From an uncultured delta proteobacterium (GTDB taxonomy: Bacteria; Desulfobacterota; RBG-13-43-22), in contig CAWJJC010000020.1 of NCBI GenBank assembly GCA_963843145.1, positions 288,001 to 352,000 of the forward strand: 64,000 bases of DNA, given 5' to 3'. Under the pieces are notes generated by a model. That model was given only the letters and a program-made list of their open reading frames with translations, searched no databases and was not told the DNA's origin. The position numbers and the translations under genes are program-made. Position 1 is the stretch's first letter. Every line of letters begins with the position of its first letter. This document shows, piece after piece, positions 30,594 through 44,009 of the stretch.

Positions 30594-30690
30594 AAGACCT
30601 CACCAGGGAAAACCGGGTCTGCTTCGAGGTAGACTCCCCGTTGGCCTATGTGAAAACCACTGGGATCCCTTGTCAGGCTGATTATCTTTC
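30590..30690 (+). pseudogene. pyridoxamine-5'-phosphate-oxidase-family fragment
   Basis: RENRVCFEVD..LAYV....PCQADYL, then runs into the AT-rich amt promoter. Confidence 0.5.
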
Positions 30691-30738
30691 AGCGCGGATT
30701 AAGAGAAAAAAGAGGGACAGAAAGAAAAACTCTAAAAA

Positions 30739-30872
30739 TACAAAAATGAAACAAATAAAAAAAATATTACATTTTCGAAATTATCATCAGCCTGTCGAAA
30801 TTCTCGGCCTTAAACATAATATATTGAAATAACTTGTCAAATTTATTTACTCCGGATGGCATGGTTCCTGCT
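30739..30872 (+). promoter_or_regulatory. amtB1 sigma54 promoter with enhancer pair and IHF-like site
   Basis: TACAAAAATGAA (30739), TACATTTTCGAA (30768), TAATATATTGAAA (30817), TGGCATGGTTCCTGCT (30857). Confidence 0.8.
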
Positions 30873-31132
30873 TTAGCCTAGAAACAAGATTTGTTGGATC
30901 CGGAAACCAATAATTCACCCATTTTGTTTTGAGGAGCGAAGAAGAAAGGGGAAGGGGATGAAAAGGAGATTGTCAAACAAGAACCTGGAAGGAGCATAGC
31001 CCGGAGGGCCTCGGGCCGGGCACCAGCGCTAACGGATGACCATAAGGAACCATTCTCAAACCGTTCTTCAAAGGGTTTAAAGATTTCAAAAAACTACCTT
31101 TGAAGGAATTATTAAATTATTAGGAGGAACCC

Positions 31133-33154
<2,022 letters not shown>

Positions 33155-33319
33155 CGGACGTAGAAGCCCTTGAATTGGTTGATCAGGATGGAACAGGGAG
33201 GCGAGTCTGAGAAATTGAAAGTAAAATTTCCTCTGGCTGATTCAGGTTGGCCCATCGCGGCAACGGTCTGGAACCACTGATGGAAAAAATGGGCCTTGTC
33301 TGTTTTGGAGATGAGGTCG

Positions 33320-33359
33320 TGGATTGGGGAGGGTCCTCTCCCCCTCCCTCCCCAATCCA
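33320..33359. terminator. 14-bp perfect stem-loop between amtB1-glnK and the amtB2 promoter
   Basis: TGGATTGGGGAGGG...CCCTCCCCAATCCA. Confidence 0.55.
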
Positions 33360-33365
33360 GTACAT

Positions 33366-33501
33366 AACAAAATTGTCAAAAAATAAAAAAAATAATACAA
33401 TTTTGGACTAACATAAAACGGCCCGCTATGGGGAAATATTTGTATAACCTATTGAAATTTTATTCAAAAATACAAAAATACCCTTTTGGCACATTTCCTG
33501 C
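33366..33501 (+). promoter_or_regulatory. amtB2 sigma54 promoter with enhancer pair and IHF-like site
   Basis: AACAAAATTGTC (33366), TACAATTTTGGA (33396), TAACCTATTGAAA (33445), TGGCACATTTCCTGC (33487). Confidence 0.8.
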
Positions 33502-33557
33502 CTCTGCAATCGGCAACGATTTGAAGAAATTTCTTTTCACAGGGGGAGGAAACAACC

Positions 33558-34787
33558 ATGGATGCAATCAACACGGGGGACACGGCCTTCATTTTGATCT
33601 CGGCCGCTTTAGTGATGTTCATGACCCCAGGACTGGCCTTGTTCTACGGCGGTATGGTCCGGAGCAAAAACGTCCTGGGAACCATCATGCACAGTTTTAT
33701 TATCTTAGGGCTGATTTCGGTCGAATGGGTCCTCTGGGGCTACAGCAATGCCTTCGGGCCCGACCTGGGAGGGATCATCGGCAGCCTGGATTGGTTTGGA
33801 CTGGCCGGGGTGGGAACGGCACCTTTCAAGGATTATTCGGCCACCATTCCGCACCAGGCCTTTATGGCTTTTCAACTGATGTTTGCGGTCATTACACCGG
33901 CCCTGATTACCGGGACCTTTGCGGAACGCATGAAATTCTCCACCTTTCTGGTTTTCACGCTCCTTTGGGCAACGTTGGTTTATAACCCGGTGGCCCATTG
34001 GGTTTGGGGTATCGGCGGGTGGGTCCGCGACCTGGGGGCCCTGGATTTTGCCGGCGGCACCGTAGTGCATATTAATTCCGGGATCGCCGCCCTGGCGGCC
34101 GCCATCGTCATCGGCAAACGCAAGGGATACGGTCATGAGCCGTTCCATCCCCACAATCTGCCCATGACCATCCTGGGCGCCTCCATCCTCTGGTTCGGCT
34201 GGTTCGGCTTCAATGCCGGCAGCGCCCTGGCGGCCAACGGCTTGGCCGTCTCGGCCTTTGTGGCCACCCATATCGCCGCCGCGGCCGCGACCCTCTCCTG
34301 GACCTTTACCGAATGGCTCTATCGGGGCAAGCCTACCACCCTGGGGGCCGCCAGCGGCTGCGTGGCCGGCCTGGTGGCTATTACCCCGGCCGCTGGTTTC
34401 GTGGGCCCCCTTTCGGCCATTATTATCGGCTTGGCGGCCGGCTGTCTCTGTTATTTTGCTATTTTCTTAAAACATAAACTCGGCTACGATGATGCCCTGG
34501 ATGTAGTCGGCGTCCATGGGGTCGGTGGGACCTTCGGCGCCCTGGCCACCGGTCTATTCGCCAGCAAGGCCATCAACGAGGCCGGCAACAATGGCCTATT
34601 TTTCGGGAATCCGTCGCTCCTCGGCACCCAGGCCCTCGCCGTGGGAGTCACCTTGATTTACTCCTTTGTGATGACCCTGATCATCCTCAAGGTCCTGGAC
34701 TGGACCATGGGCCTGCGGGTGGAAACGGAAGAGGAGAGGGCCGGGCTGGATATCAGTCAACACAGTGAAGTGGGCTATACCCTATAG
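33558..34787 (+). CDS. amtB: ammonium transporter
   Basis: MTPGLALFYGG, DFAGGTVVH, WFGWFGFNAGS, DDALDVVGVHG. Confidence 0.96.
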   Translation: MDAINTGDTAFILISAALVMFMTPGLALFYGGMVRSKNVLGTIMHSFIILGLISVEWVLWGYSNAFGPDLGGIIGSLDWFGLAGVGTAPFKDYSATIPHQAFMAFQLMFAVITPALITGTFAERMKFSTFLVFTLLWATLVYNPVAHWVWGIGGWVRDLGALDFAGGTVVHINSGIAALAAAIVIGKRKGYGHEPFHPHNLPMTILGASILWFGWFGFNAGSALAANGLAVSAFVATHIAAAAATLSWTFTEWLYRGKPTTLGAASGCVAGLVAITPAAGFVGPLSAIIIGLAAGCLCYFAIFLKHKLGYDDALDVVGVHGVGGTFGALATGLFASKAINEAGNNGLFFGNPSLLGTQALAVGVTLIYSFVMTLIILKVLDWTMGLRVETEEERAGLDISQHSEVGYTL

Positions 34788-35138
<351 letters not shown>

Positions 35139-35158
35139 AAGGCGCGACGAGGCGGGTA

Positions 35159-35893
35159 ATGAACAAAACGGCTCTCATTCTGCAGCATACTGCCGAAGAA
35201 CGGGGAGGCCTGTTTGAAGAAGTCCTTCTGGAACTGGGATGGGGCTTGGAGATCCTGCCTCTCTTTGCCGGAGCGGATCTCCCCGCCTCCCCTTACGGGT
35301 TTGACCTGACTCTGGTCATGGGCGGACCCATGAGCGCCAATCAGGAAAAGGCCTATCCCTTTCTCAAAAAAGAAATACCCTTTCTCCGGAAAGCCCTGAA
35401 AACGGAGGAACCGGTCTTGGGAATCTGCCTGGGGGCCCAACTTATGGCCAAAGCCTTAGGGGCCAAGGTCTATCCCGGACCTCATAAGGAAATTGGCTGG
35501 TACTGGCTGAACCAGACCCCTTCGGCGCGAAACGATCCCCTTTTTTCCCAGTTGGATCCTTATTTCATGGTCTTCCAGTGGCATGGAGAGACCTTCGACC
35601 TTCCCCCCGGGGCGGACTGCCTGGCCGGCAACCCCGCCTATCCTCACCAGGCCTTCCGCTGGGGGACGATGGCCTACGGGTTTCAATTCCACCTAGAAAT
35701 CACCCAACCCATGCTGGAGACCTGGCTGACCTCCTGGGGGGAAGACATCAGAAAGGCCCGCCCCCAACCGAACACGGCTCAGGATATTCTGCGGGACGCC
35801 GCTATTTATCTGGAACGTCTCCAGGCCCAGGCCCGTCGGGTTTTACTGGGCTACCTCCAGTTCTTGGAAACAAAAGGAAAATCCGTTCATTAA
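35159..35893 (+). CDS. stand-alone class I glutamine amidotransferase
   Basis: MGGPMS, LGICLGAQ (catalytic Cys), FQWHGETF, QFHLE (His-Glu). Confidence 0.9.
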   Translation: MNKTALILQHTAEERGGLFEEVLLELGWGLEILPLFAGADLPASPYGFDLTLVMGGPMSANQEKAYPFLKKEIPFLRKALKTEEPVLGICLGAQLMAKALGAKVYPGPHKEIGWYWLNQTPSARNDPLFSQLDPYFMVFQWHGETFDLPPGADCLAGNPAYPHQAFRWGTMAYGFQFHLEITQPMLETWLTSWGEDIRKARPQPNTAQDILRDAAIYLERLQAQARRVLLGYLQFLETKGKSVH

Positions 35894-35896
35894 CAT

Positions 35897-36032
35897 TACA
35901 ATAATGTATAATTATTTGGCAAATTAAATACAATACTGTATAATTATTCTCCGAGGATCCCCGAGTCTGTTTTTTTAGCCCATTGTTATTATTGTTTTTT
36001 TATATATTGGGGGGAATGGCACAGGGATTGCT
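35897..36032 (+). promoter_or_regulatory. glnB-glnD-glnA sigma54 promoter with enhancer pair and IHF-like site
   Basis: TACAATAATGTA (35897), TACAATACTGTA (35929), TAGCCCATTGTTA (35976), TGGCACAGGGATTGCT (36017). Confidence 0.85.
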
Positions 36033-36089
36033 TTTATAATAAATACCATTCCATAAATTCAATTAATCCAGACGCGTCCGGACAGGTAG

Positions 36090-36443
<354 letters not shown>

Positions 36444-36483
36444 TTTTGATCGACGGCCCTCAAAGAACTCCCTTATCAGGAAA

Positions 36484-39075
36484 ATGGAACCACTCCACAA
36501 AAAATATTTGACCGAGCAACGGCTAAAGTTGCAGGAAAGACAAGCCCGAGGGGAAACCGGACTGGCGGTGGCCGGTTGGCATGCCTCCTTTATCGATGTC
36601 TTCATTATCTCGGTGTTTAACAGCCTGGAAATCCGAGGCCAATTAAGTCAGGGACGTGAGGAGACCGAATGCGTGGTCCTGGGATTAGGAGGGTACGGCC
36701 GCAAGGAATTGTCCCCCTTCTCGGATATCGATCTGCTCTTTCTTTTCCCAGGACCCATCGAATCCCCGGCCGAAGAAATCATCCGTAAAATCCTCTACCC
36801 CTTCTGGGACGTAGGTTATGAAGTAGGGTATACCGTCCAGTCCCTGGGCGAATGCTTGGATATGGCCGGCTCGGACCTCTCTTTTCTGACCGCCCTGCTG
36901 GATCTACGCCGCATAACCGGCAATCCACCCTTGGCCCAAACACTGAAGACTCAAATTAAGGCCCTGCTCAAACAAGACCTGGGACGGAGGTGGCAGGAAT
37001 GGGTGATCGCCGAGAGTGAAAAGCGGCATTTGCGCTACGGCGATTCAGCCTTTTTTCTGGAACCGCACCTGAAAGAGGGGCTGGGGGGTCTCCGGGATCT
37101 TCACCTTCTGCTCTGGATCGGCAAGGCCCTTTTCGACGCTCCGGACTTTTACTCCCTGGAGAAGGTCGGTCTATTAACCTGGGATGACCGGCGTATTCTG
37201 GCGGCCGCCCAGAATTTCTTGTTGCGGCTCCGGCATCAGCTCCATTACCAGACCGGTCGCAAGAATGACCGCCTTTCCTTTGAAACCCAGGAAGCCCTGG
37301 CGGAATGGCAGGGGGTCGCCGGTCGGGGCAATACGCTTCCCGTGGAAATATTCATGCGTGAGGTTTACCAGCACCTCCAGGATGTCCACACCATCCATCA
37401 GAACTTTTTTGAACGCCTGGCCGAATTGCAAACGGGCGGCGCCCGGCCTCGTCGGGTCCTGGAACCCGGCCTTTACCTGGAAGGGGACCGTCTGTACGTC
37501 GAATCCGCTCGGGTGCTTATCGACCACCCGACCATGTTGATGAAACTTTTCCGGCAGGCGGTCAAGGAAAACGTTCCCTTAAGCCAGGAGACCATCCGTC
37601 TGATCAAACAATGCCTTTTCTTGGTCGACGAATCCTTCCGGCGTTCCCCGGAAGTTTCTCAGCTCTTTGTGGATTTGGTCAGCGACCTGAAGACTTCCCG
37701 TTCTCTGCTGGAAGTCCTGCTGCAAACCGGCCTATTAACCCGCTATATCCCCGAGCTGGAACCTATCCGCTGCCACACCCAATTTGACACCTATCACGTC
37801 TATACGGTCGATGTTCATCTCCTCCTGACCCTGACGGAATTGAAAAAAATCGGCGAGGGTGTCTATCTGAAAGAGGAACCGCTCCTTTATGGCCTCTGGG
37901 GGGAAGTTCCGGACTTCCCGGCCCTTTTCCTGGCGGCCTTACTCCACGATATCGGCAAGGGGGTCGGTAAAAATCACGCCCACCAGGGGGCGCTGCTGAT
38001 TCCTCAAATTGCCGAACGCTTGAATTTATCCGCCGTCACCGCTGAAACCATCCGATTTTTAGTCGATCACCACCTGCTGCTGGCCGATACGGCCCTGCGC
38101 CGCGATCTGAATGACGAAGAATTGATAATCCGCTGCGCTCAAATTATTCAGGACCCCGGCCGGCTGAAGATGCTTTACTTATTGACCTATGCCGACTCGC
38201 TGGCTACGGGTTTTCGAGCTTGGAACAACTGGAAATCCATGCTGATCCGGGAGTTGTTTTTCAAACTGCTGCGAGTCCTGGAGCAGGGAGAGATGGCAAC
38301 CGGCCAGGCCCGGGAAACTCTTAAATCGGCCCGTCTCGAGATCCTGCGTCTGATCGGGCCGGAGATGACGGCCCAGGAAGCCCGGGCACTATTGGAGGGC
38401 ATGCCGGCCACCTACCTCCTCTCAGTCCCCCCGGAAAAGGCGGTCCAACATCTTAAATTGCTCCGACAGTTGAATGAAAACCCCTTAGCCTGGTCCGTAA
38501 AAAAGCAGGATGGAATAGTCGACCTGTTTATCTGCTGTCCGGACCGCCCGGGGCTCTTCTCCCGACTCACCGGGGTTTTAAGCATCAACAACATTAATAT
38601 CTTGGGGGCTCAAATTTTCACCCGAACCGACCATATCGCCCTGGATATCTTTCAGGTCCAGCCACCCCTGGATCCCCTTTTTGAGGAAGAAACCTGGGAA
38701 AAGGTGCACACGCAGTTGCTCAAGGCCGTCCAGGGGAAACTGGCCCTGGATTATCGTCTGGCCCAGAAAAAACCCAGTCCCCTGCTGTCATCGGGGGCAG
38801 GCATTCACTCCGAAAGTAAGGTCGTGGTCGACAACCACGGCTCTGACTTTTTCACTATCCTGGAAATTTTTTCCCAGGACCGATTGGGGCTGCTCTACAA
38901 TATCTCTAAGGCCCTCTACGAGGCGGAACTTAATATTCACTTTGCCAAGATTTCCACCAAGGTGGACCAGGTAGTGGACGTTTTTTATGTGGCCGATCTG
39001 GATGGACAAAAGATACGGGATGAAGAGCAGATCGAGGAGATCAAGAAGGCCATATGTTTCGCCCTGGACCAATAA
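36484..39075 (+). CDS. glnD: [protein-PII] uridylyltransferase
   Basis: GGYGRKELSPFSDIDL, EPHLKEGLGGLRD, YHVYTVDVH, LLHDIGKG (HD), two ACT domains (DRPGLF, DRLGLL). Confidence 0.95.
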   Translation: MEPLHKKYLTEQRLKLQERQARGETGLAVAGWHASFIDVFIISVFNSLEIRGQLSQGREETECVVLGLGGYGRKELSPFSDIDLLFLFPGPIESPAEEIIRKILYPFWDVGYEVGYTVQSLGECLDMAGSDLSFLTALLDLRRITGNPPLAQTLKTQIKALLKQDLGRRWQEWVIAESEKRHLRYGDSAFFLEPHLKEGLGGLRDLHLLLWIGKALFDAPDFYSLEKVGLLTWDDRRILAAAQNFLLRLRHQLHYQTGRKNDRLSFETQEALAEWQGVAGRGNTLPVEIFMREVYQHLQDVHTIHQNFFERLAELQTGGARPRRVLEPGLYLEGDRLYVESARVLIDHPTMLMKLFRQAVKENVPLSQETIRLIKQCLFLVDESFRRSPEVSQLFVDLVSDLKTSRSLLEVLLQTGLLTRYIPELEPIRCHTQFDTYHVYTVDVHLLLTLTELKKIGEGVYLKEEPLLYGLWGEVPDFPALFLAALLHDIGKGVGKNHAHQGALLIPQIAERLNLSAVTAETIRFLVDHHLLLADTALRRDLNDEELIIRCAQIIQDPGRLKMLYLLTYADSLATGFRAWNNWKSMLIRELFFKLLRVLEQGEMATGQARETLKSARLEILRLIGPEMTAQEARALLEGMPATYLLSVPPEKAVQHLKLLRQLNENPLAWSVKKQDGIVDLFICCPDRPGLFSRLTGVLSINNINILGAQIFTRTDHIALDIFQVQPPLDPLFEEETWEKVHTQLLKAVQGKLALDYRLAQKKPSPLLSSGAGIHSESKVVVDNHGSDFFTILEIFSQDRLGLLYNISKALYEAELNIHFAKISTKVDQVVDVFYVADLDGQKIRDEEQIEEIKKAICFALDQ

Positions 39076-39147
39076 CCCGATAATAATTTACAGGTAAATA
39101 AAATCTGTTTTAACAACCATAACCCAAATCTAAGGAGGATTAAGAAA

Positions 39148-40560
39148 ATGACCCCGAAAGAAGTTTTAGCATTCGCCCAAAAGAACAAGACCAAGATGGT
39201 GGATTTAAAGTTCCTGGATTTCCCCGGCATCTGGCAGCACTTCAGCGTCCCACTCCATGAACTGGACGAAGCTTCCTTTGAGGGGGGCTTCGGTTTTGAC
39301 GGTTCGAGCATCCGGGGCTGGCAGCCCATTCACGCCAGCGACATGCTGGTTATCCCGGATCCGGATACGGCCGTCATGGACCCCTTTATGGCCGTCCCCA
39401 CCTTAAGCCTGATCTGCAACGTAGCCGACCCCATAACCAAGGAAGCCTATAGCCGGGATCCGCGCAATATTGCCCATAAGGCGGAAAACTACTTGAAGTT
39501 TACCGGGCTGGCCGATACGGCTTTCTTTGGTCCGGAAGCCGAATTTTTTATCTTCGATGACATCCGCTACGACGGAGGGTCCAATTTCGCCTTTTATCAG
39601 ATCGATTCGGTGGAGGGGGTCTGGAACAGCGGCCGGGAAGAAAATCCCAACCTGGGCTATAAACCCCGCCACAAAGAAGGCTATTTCCCGGTTTCCCCCA
39701 CCGACAGCCAGCAGGACCTGCGCACGGAAATGGTCCTGGTCATGGAACAGCTCGGCATGGAAATCGAATGTCAGCATCACGAGGTGGCTACGGCCGGGCA
39801 GGCGGAAATCGACATGAAGTTTCAGCCCTTGGTCAAGATGGGCGACCAGCTCATGTGGTTCAAATATGTCATCAAGAACGTGGCCAAAAGGAACAACAAG
39901 ACCGTTACCTTCATGCCCAAACCGCTTTTCGCCGACAACGGGTCGGGCATGCACACCCATGTCAGCCTGTGGAAGGGCGGCAACCCCCTCTTCGCCGGGG
40001 ACAAGTATGCCGGTCTCAGCCAGCAGGCCCTGTATGCCGCCGGCGGGATATTGAAACATGCTCGGGCCCTGTGCGCCTTCACCAACCCGACCACCAACTC
40101 CTACAAACGTCTGGTCCCCGGATTTGAAGCCCCGGTCAATCTGGCCTATTCCAGCCGAAACCGCAGCGCCGCCATCCGCATCCCCATGTATTCTCCTTCT
40201 CCTAAGGCCAAAAGGCTTGAATTCCGGACCCCCGATCCTTCCTGCAACGGCTATCTGGCCTTTTCGGCCATTCTGATGGCCGTGCTCGACGGCATTGAAA
40301 ACCGCCTGGATCCCGGAGAACCTTTAGACAAGGACATTTACGGCCTCAGCCCGGAGGAATTGGCCAATGTGCCTTCGGCTCCCGGATCTTTAGAAGAATC
40401 CCTGAACGCCCTGAAGGAAGATCATGAATTTTTGCTGCGGGGCGATGTCTTTACTCCGGACGTGATCGAGAAATGGATCGAGTACAAGACCGAGGGGGAA
40501 GTAAACCCGGTGCGGCTTCGTCCCCATCCTCATGAATTTATGCTTTATTTTGATATCTAA
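39148..40560 (+). CDS. glnA: glutamine synthetase type I-beta
   Basis: [28 protein letters not shown]...[19 protein letters not shown], adenylylation site DKDIYGL. Confidence 0.98.
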   Translation: MTPKEVLAFAQKNKTKMVDLKFLDFPGIWQHFSVPLHELDEASFEGGFGFDGSSIRGWQPIHASDMLVIPDPDTAVMDPFMAVPTLSLICNVADPITKEAYSRDPRNIAHKAENYLKFTGLADTAFFGPEAEFFIFDDIRYDGGSNFAFYQIDSVEGVWNSGREENPNLGYKPRHKEGYFPVSPTDSQQDLRTEMVLVMEQLGMEIECQHHEVATAGQAEIDMKFQPLVKMGDQLMWFKYVIKNVAKRNNKTVTFMPKPLFADNGSGMHTHVSLWKGGNPLFAGDKYAGLSQQALYAAGGILKHARALCAFTNPTTNSYKRLVPGFEAPVNLAYSSRNRSAAIRIPMYSPSPKAKRLEFRTPDPSCNGYLAFSAILMAVLDGIENRLDPGEPLDKDIYGLSPEELANVPSAPGSLEESLNALKEDHEFLLRGDVFTPDVIEKWIEYKTEGEVNPVRLRPHPHEFMLYFDI

Positions 40561-40815
40561 ACGACTCTGAGGCACGAGCGGAAAGGTCAACTTATCGGCG
40601 GTGGGCGGCGAATCTATCCTTTATTGGAGGGCTTCGCCCCCACCCCCAACATTAACCCCTAACCAGTAATCTTTTATCTTTTGGTTCATACCCGATATCC
40701 GAATTTCGAGTTTGAAGATCCCGGTGTTCAAATGGTAGAGATAGATTTTCAGATTAAATGGTGTAAGAATCAAGCCCTGTTTTTCGGACCTTTCAGAATC
40801 CGCTGATTAAGAACC

Positions 40816-43752
40816 ATGCCCCCCGATGGCCAATCCCTTTTAGATGAAATTCGGCTTTTTTCCCCGTACCTGAGCCAGGTCCTTCAGCAGCAGCCTTCAT
40901 TGGCCGAGGAGATCTTTCTCCGGGAAGGATACCATTCCCGGTTGTCTCGAAACCAGTTGGGCCAGATGCTGCGGAATCAATTGGACGGCCGGGAAGATTT
41001 TCAGGCCTTCGGCCTCTCCTTGCGGCGCTTCAAACAGGCGGAGATCCTGCGTATTGCCGCCCGCGACCTGGGAGGCCGGATTTCCTTAAGGGACTGTACC
41101 CAGGAGTTGACCAACCTGGCCCAGGTTTGCCTGGAGATGGCCACAGCCTATAGCTACCGGGAACTGGTCAAAGGAAAAAGCTGGGATCCTATTTTGCTGG
41201 AACAAAAAGGGCTGGTAGTTCTGGGGTTGGGGAAATTCGGGGGAGAGGAACTGAATTTCAGCTCCGACATCGATCTGATCTTCCTTTATCAACCCTTGGC
41301 GGACCTCCCCTTTTCTTTTGGCGAGCAAAGGGAATTTTACCAACTCCTGACCCGGCGTATCACCCAGTCCATGGCCGCCCTGATGGACGGCGATTTGGTT
41401 TTTCGGGTGGATTTAAACCTCCGTCCCGGCGGAAAAGATTCCGAGTTGGCCCTCAGCCTGGAAAACGCCTTGGAATATTACCAGTCAGAGGCCAAGACCT
41501 GGGAACGGATGGCCTTGATCAAATCCCGGGTGGTGGCCGGAAACCTGGAATTGGGACGACGCTTTCTGGAAGGAATCCAACCGGTCGTTTACCGCCGAGT
41601 GATGGACTACAGTGTTCTGGAGGATATCCGGGGACTTAAGGAACGAATACTCCAGGAAGCCCGTTCCCATCTGCTGGCCGACAACAACATTAAACTCGGA
41701 CCCGGGGGGATTCGGGAAATCGAATTTATCGTCCAGGCCCTGCAGTTGGTTTTTGGGGGCCGCCTCCCGGTGATTAGAGAAAGAAATACCTTAGCGGCCC
41801 TGCGCCGGCTGTATCAGACCCATCTGCTGCCCAAAGAAGAATATCGCCACCTGGTAAAGGCCTATACCTATTTGCGAACCTTGGAACATCGTCTCCAAAT
41901 GCGTCACCAACGACAAACCCATAGCCTGCCCAAGGAACCCGAACCCTTGAGCCAGGTGGCCCGGTCCATGCCTCGACGGAAATCAACGGAACCCTTAAGC
42001 CTGGAAAGCTGGCTTCGCGAATTGGCCCAGATCCGGGAAGGGGTTCAACAGACCTTTGCCCAATTGCTGCTGGCACCGTTCTCGGTTTCTCCCCAGGAAG
42101 TTTCGCGTCTCTTTGAGCCGCAAGAACCCGAAGATTGGAAAACCTCGCTCTCGACCTTGGGGTTTCAACAATGGGCCGCCGCCCGGGAAATTATCGTTTC
42201 TTGGAAAGCCCGCATGGCCTCTTCCCAACGGGCCCAGAGAGAAAAAGAATTGTTGGTCCGAATAGTTCCCGCGCTGCTCCACGGGGTTATTCAAACCCCT
42301 GATCCGGATCAGACCCTTTATTTTTTGGACCTTTTTTTGAAGAGCCTCGGCGGCCGGACCGGGATACTGTCCATGCTCCTGGAACGGACCACCCTGTTAA
42401 CGGAAATCCTCCATTTGTTTGCCCGAAGCACCTTGCTGTCCCGGTTCTTTATCCAGAATCCCGAGCTGGTTGATCGTCTGGCCCTGCGCCGGGAAAGCGG
42501 CTTTTCCTTTTATTCCGACTGGCCCAGTCCCTTGCCGGTTAAACGACCGGCGCACCCGGACCTGGAAGACAACCTCTCCCGGTTGCGCCGCTGGAAAAAC
42601 GAGCATTTTTTGGAAATCGCCCTGGAGGAAATGGCCGGGAGGCTGAATCCCTCCGAGGCCTCCGAACGATTGTCTCTATTGGCGGACCAAGTGATTGTGG
42701 AAACCGCCCGGGTCGCCGAAGATACCCTCAGCCGGGAAGTGATTCATCCCATTTATCCCCGATCTTCCAAGGCCCGCCCCCCGGCCCCTTTCTGCATTCT
42801 GGGGTTGGGGAAATTGGGTGGTCAGGACCTCGGCTATGCCTCCGACCTGGACCTGATGTTCGTTTATTCCTTAAAGACCGTCTTTCCCGATGAGGCCCAA
42901 TCCGCTTCGCGGGCCACTCGGTCAAAAGAGTCTCGGCCCTGGATAACCTGGAGTGAATATCTGGTCCGTTTGGCCCAACGCTTGATTTCATATATCTCTC
43001 TGCCCCTCAAGGAAGGTCCGGGTTATGGAGTGGATACCCGGTTAAGGCCTTCCGGGACCTTTGGGCCCCTGGTCGTTTCCCTGGAATCTTTTCGGGAGTA
43101 TTACCGTCACCAGGCCCAGAATTGGGAACTGCAAATGCTGCTCAAGGCCCGGGTGATCGCCGGGCCGGAACTCCTGGCCCGGCAAATCCGGGAAGAAATT
43201 CAGAGGCTTCTCTATCAAACGCCTGCCCCCGCGGGTATTCAAGAAGAAATGGCGTATTTTCGCAAACGTATGGAAGTGGAGCGGTCTGGGGAAGGGGGCG
43301 AACGGGTCAACCCCAAATTGGGCTATGGGGGCATGAGCGACGTTGAATTTATCGCCCAATATTTACAGCGGCTCCACGGCCTCCAGGTTCCCGAGGTCCG
43401 CCAAACCAACACCTTGAAAGTTTTACAGGCCCTGCGGGACACGGGGGGCCTGACGGAAGAGGCCTATCTAATTCTGCGGGACGGACATCAGTTTTTGTGC
43501 TCCCTGGATCACGGATTACAGCTCCTCCTGGACCGGCGGGAAGAGCCGCGGACCTACCTCCCGAAAGAGATCAAGCGCCTGGAAAAACTGAATTTAATGG
43601 GCTTGGGCCAGGCACCTCGGGCGCCGATCCTTTCCTGGGATCTTTACCGGCATTATCGCAAGGTGACCCAAAATATTCGCCTCCATTTTCAGAAGATTTT
43701 CAATCCGACCCATAAAAAAAGTAGATCCTCGGTATCCGGTGGGCTAATATGA
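40816..43752 (+). CDS. glnE: glutamine synthetase adenylyltransferase/adenylyl-removing enzyme
   Basis: Two nucleotidyltransferase domains: LGKFGGEELNFSSDIDL...KLGPGGIREIEF and LGKLGGQDLGYASDLDL...VDTRLRPSG. Confidence 0.95.
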   Translation: MPPDGQSLLDEIRLFSPYLSQVLQQQPSLAEEIFLREGYHSRLSRNQLGQMLRNQLDGREDFQAFGLSLRRFKQAEILRIAARDLGGRISLRDCTQELTNLAQVCLEMATAYSYRELVKGKSWDPILLEQKGLVVLGLGKFGGEELNFSSDIDLIFLYQPLADLPFSFGEQREFYQLLTRRITQSMAALMDGDLVFRVDLNLRPGGKDSELALSLENALEYYQSEAKTWERMALIKSRVVAGNLELGRRFLEGIQPVVYRRVMDYSVLEDIRGLKERILQEARSHLLADNNIKLGPGGIREIEFIVQALQLVFGGRLPVIRERNTLAALRRLYQTHLLPKEEYRHLVKAYTYLRTLEHRLQMRHQRQTHSLPKEPEPLSQVARSMPRRKSTEPLSLESWLRELAQIREGVQQTFAQLLLAPFSVSPQEVSRLFEPQEPEDWKTSLSTLGFQQWAAAREIIVSWKARMASSQRAQREKELLVRIVPALLHGVIQTPDPDQTLYFLDLFLKSLGGRTGILSMLLERTTLLTEILHLFARSTLLSRFFIQNPELVDRLALRRESGFSFYSDWPSPLPVKRPAHPDLEDNLSRLRRWKNEHFLEIALEEMAGRLNPSEASERLSLLADQVIVETARVAEDTLSREVIHPIYPRSSKARPPAPFCILGLGKLGGQDLGYASDLDLMFVYSLKTVFPDEAQSASRATRSKESRPWITWSEYLVRLAQRLISYISLPLKEGPGYGVDTRLRPSGTFGPLVVSLESFREYYRHQAQNWELQMLLKARVIAGPELLARQIREEIQRLLYQTPAPAGIQEEMAYFRKRMEVERSGEGGERVNPKLGYGGMSDVEFIAQYLQRLHGLQVPEVRQTNTLKVLQALRDTGGLTEEAYLILRDGHQFLCSLDHGLQLLLDRREEPRTYLPKEIKRLEKLNLMGLGQAPRAPILSWDLYRHYRKVTQNIRLHFQKIFNPTHKKSRSSVSGGLI

Positions 43753-43765
43753 CCTCTTTATCGGG

Positions 43766-43858
43766 AAAAAATTTAGCGAGAATAAGGAAATTGAGTGGGA
43801 TCGTTACCGGACCCACGTCAGCCGCTATGGGCTGGAAAAATATCTTCCGATTTTATGG
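43766..43858 (+). pseudogene. 3' remnant of a second glutamine synthetase (type I-alpha-like)
   Basis: Reads KKFSENKEIEWDRYRTHVSRYGLEKYLPIL, matching the GSI-alpha C-terminal helix pattern (K..EWD.YR..V..yE..kYL). Confidence 0.65.
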
Positions 43859-44009
43859 TTACTAGCTGCCTTGAGCCTTTGGCCTTCAGGATAAAGACAA
43901 TTTTTTATTGCTTTTTATTCAAAAATATGATTAATTATAAGTTTTGCTTTTTGTTCAAATTAAATAAAATGATTATTTAATTATAAATAATATTTGGTGG
44001 GTATTTTTT

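Noticed and set aside
30590-30832. 80-aa ORF here, and ORF 33428-33985, as genuine proteins
   Set aside because: They run through AT-rich promoter DNA or overlap amtB2 out of frame; only a PNPOx scrap is recognisable.
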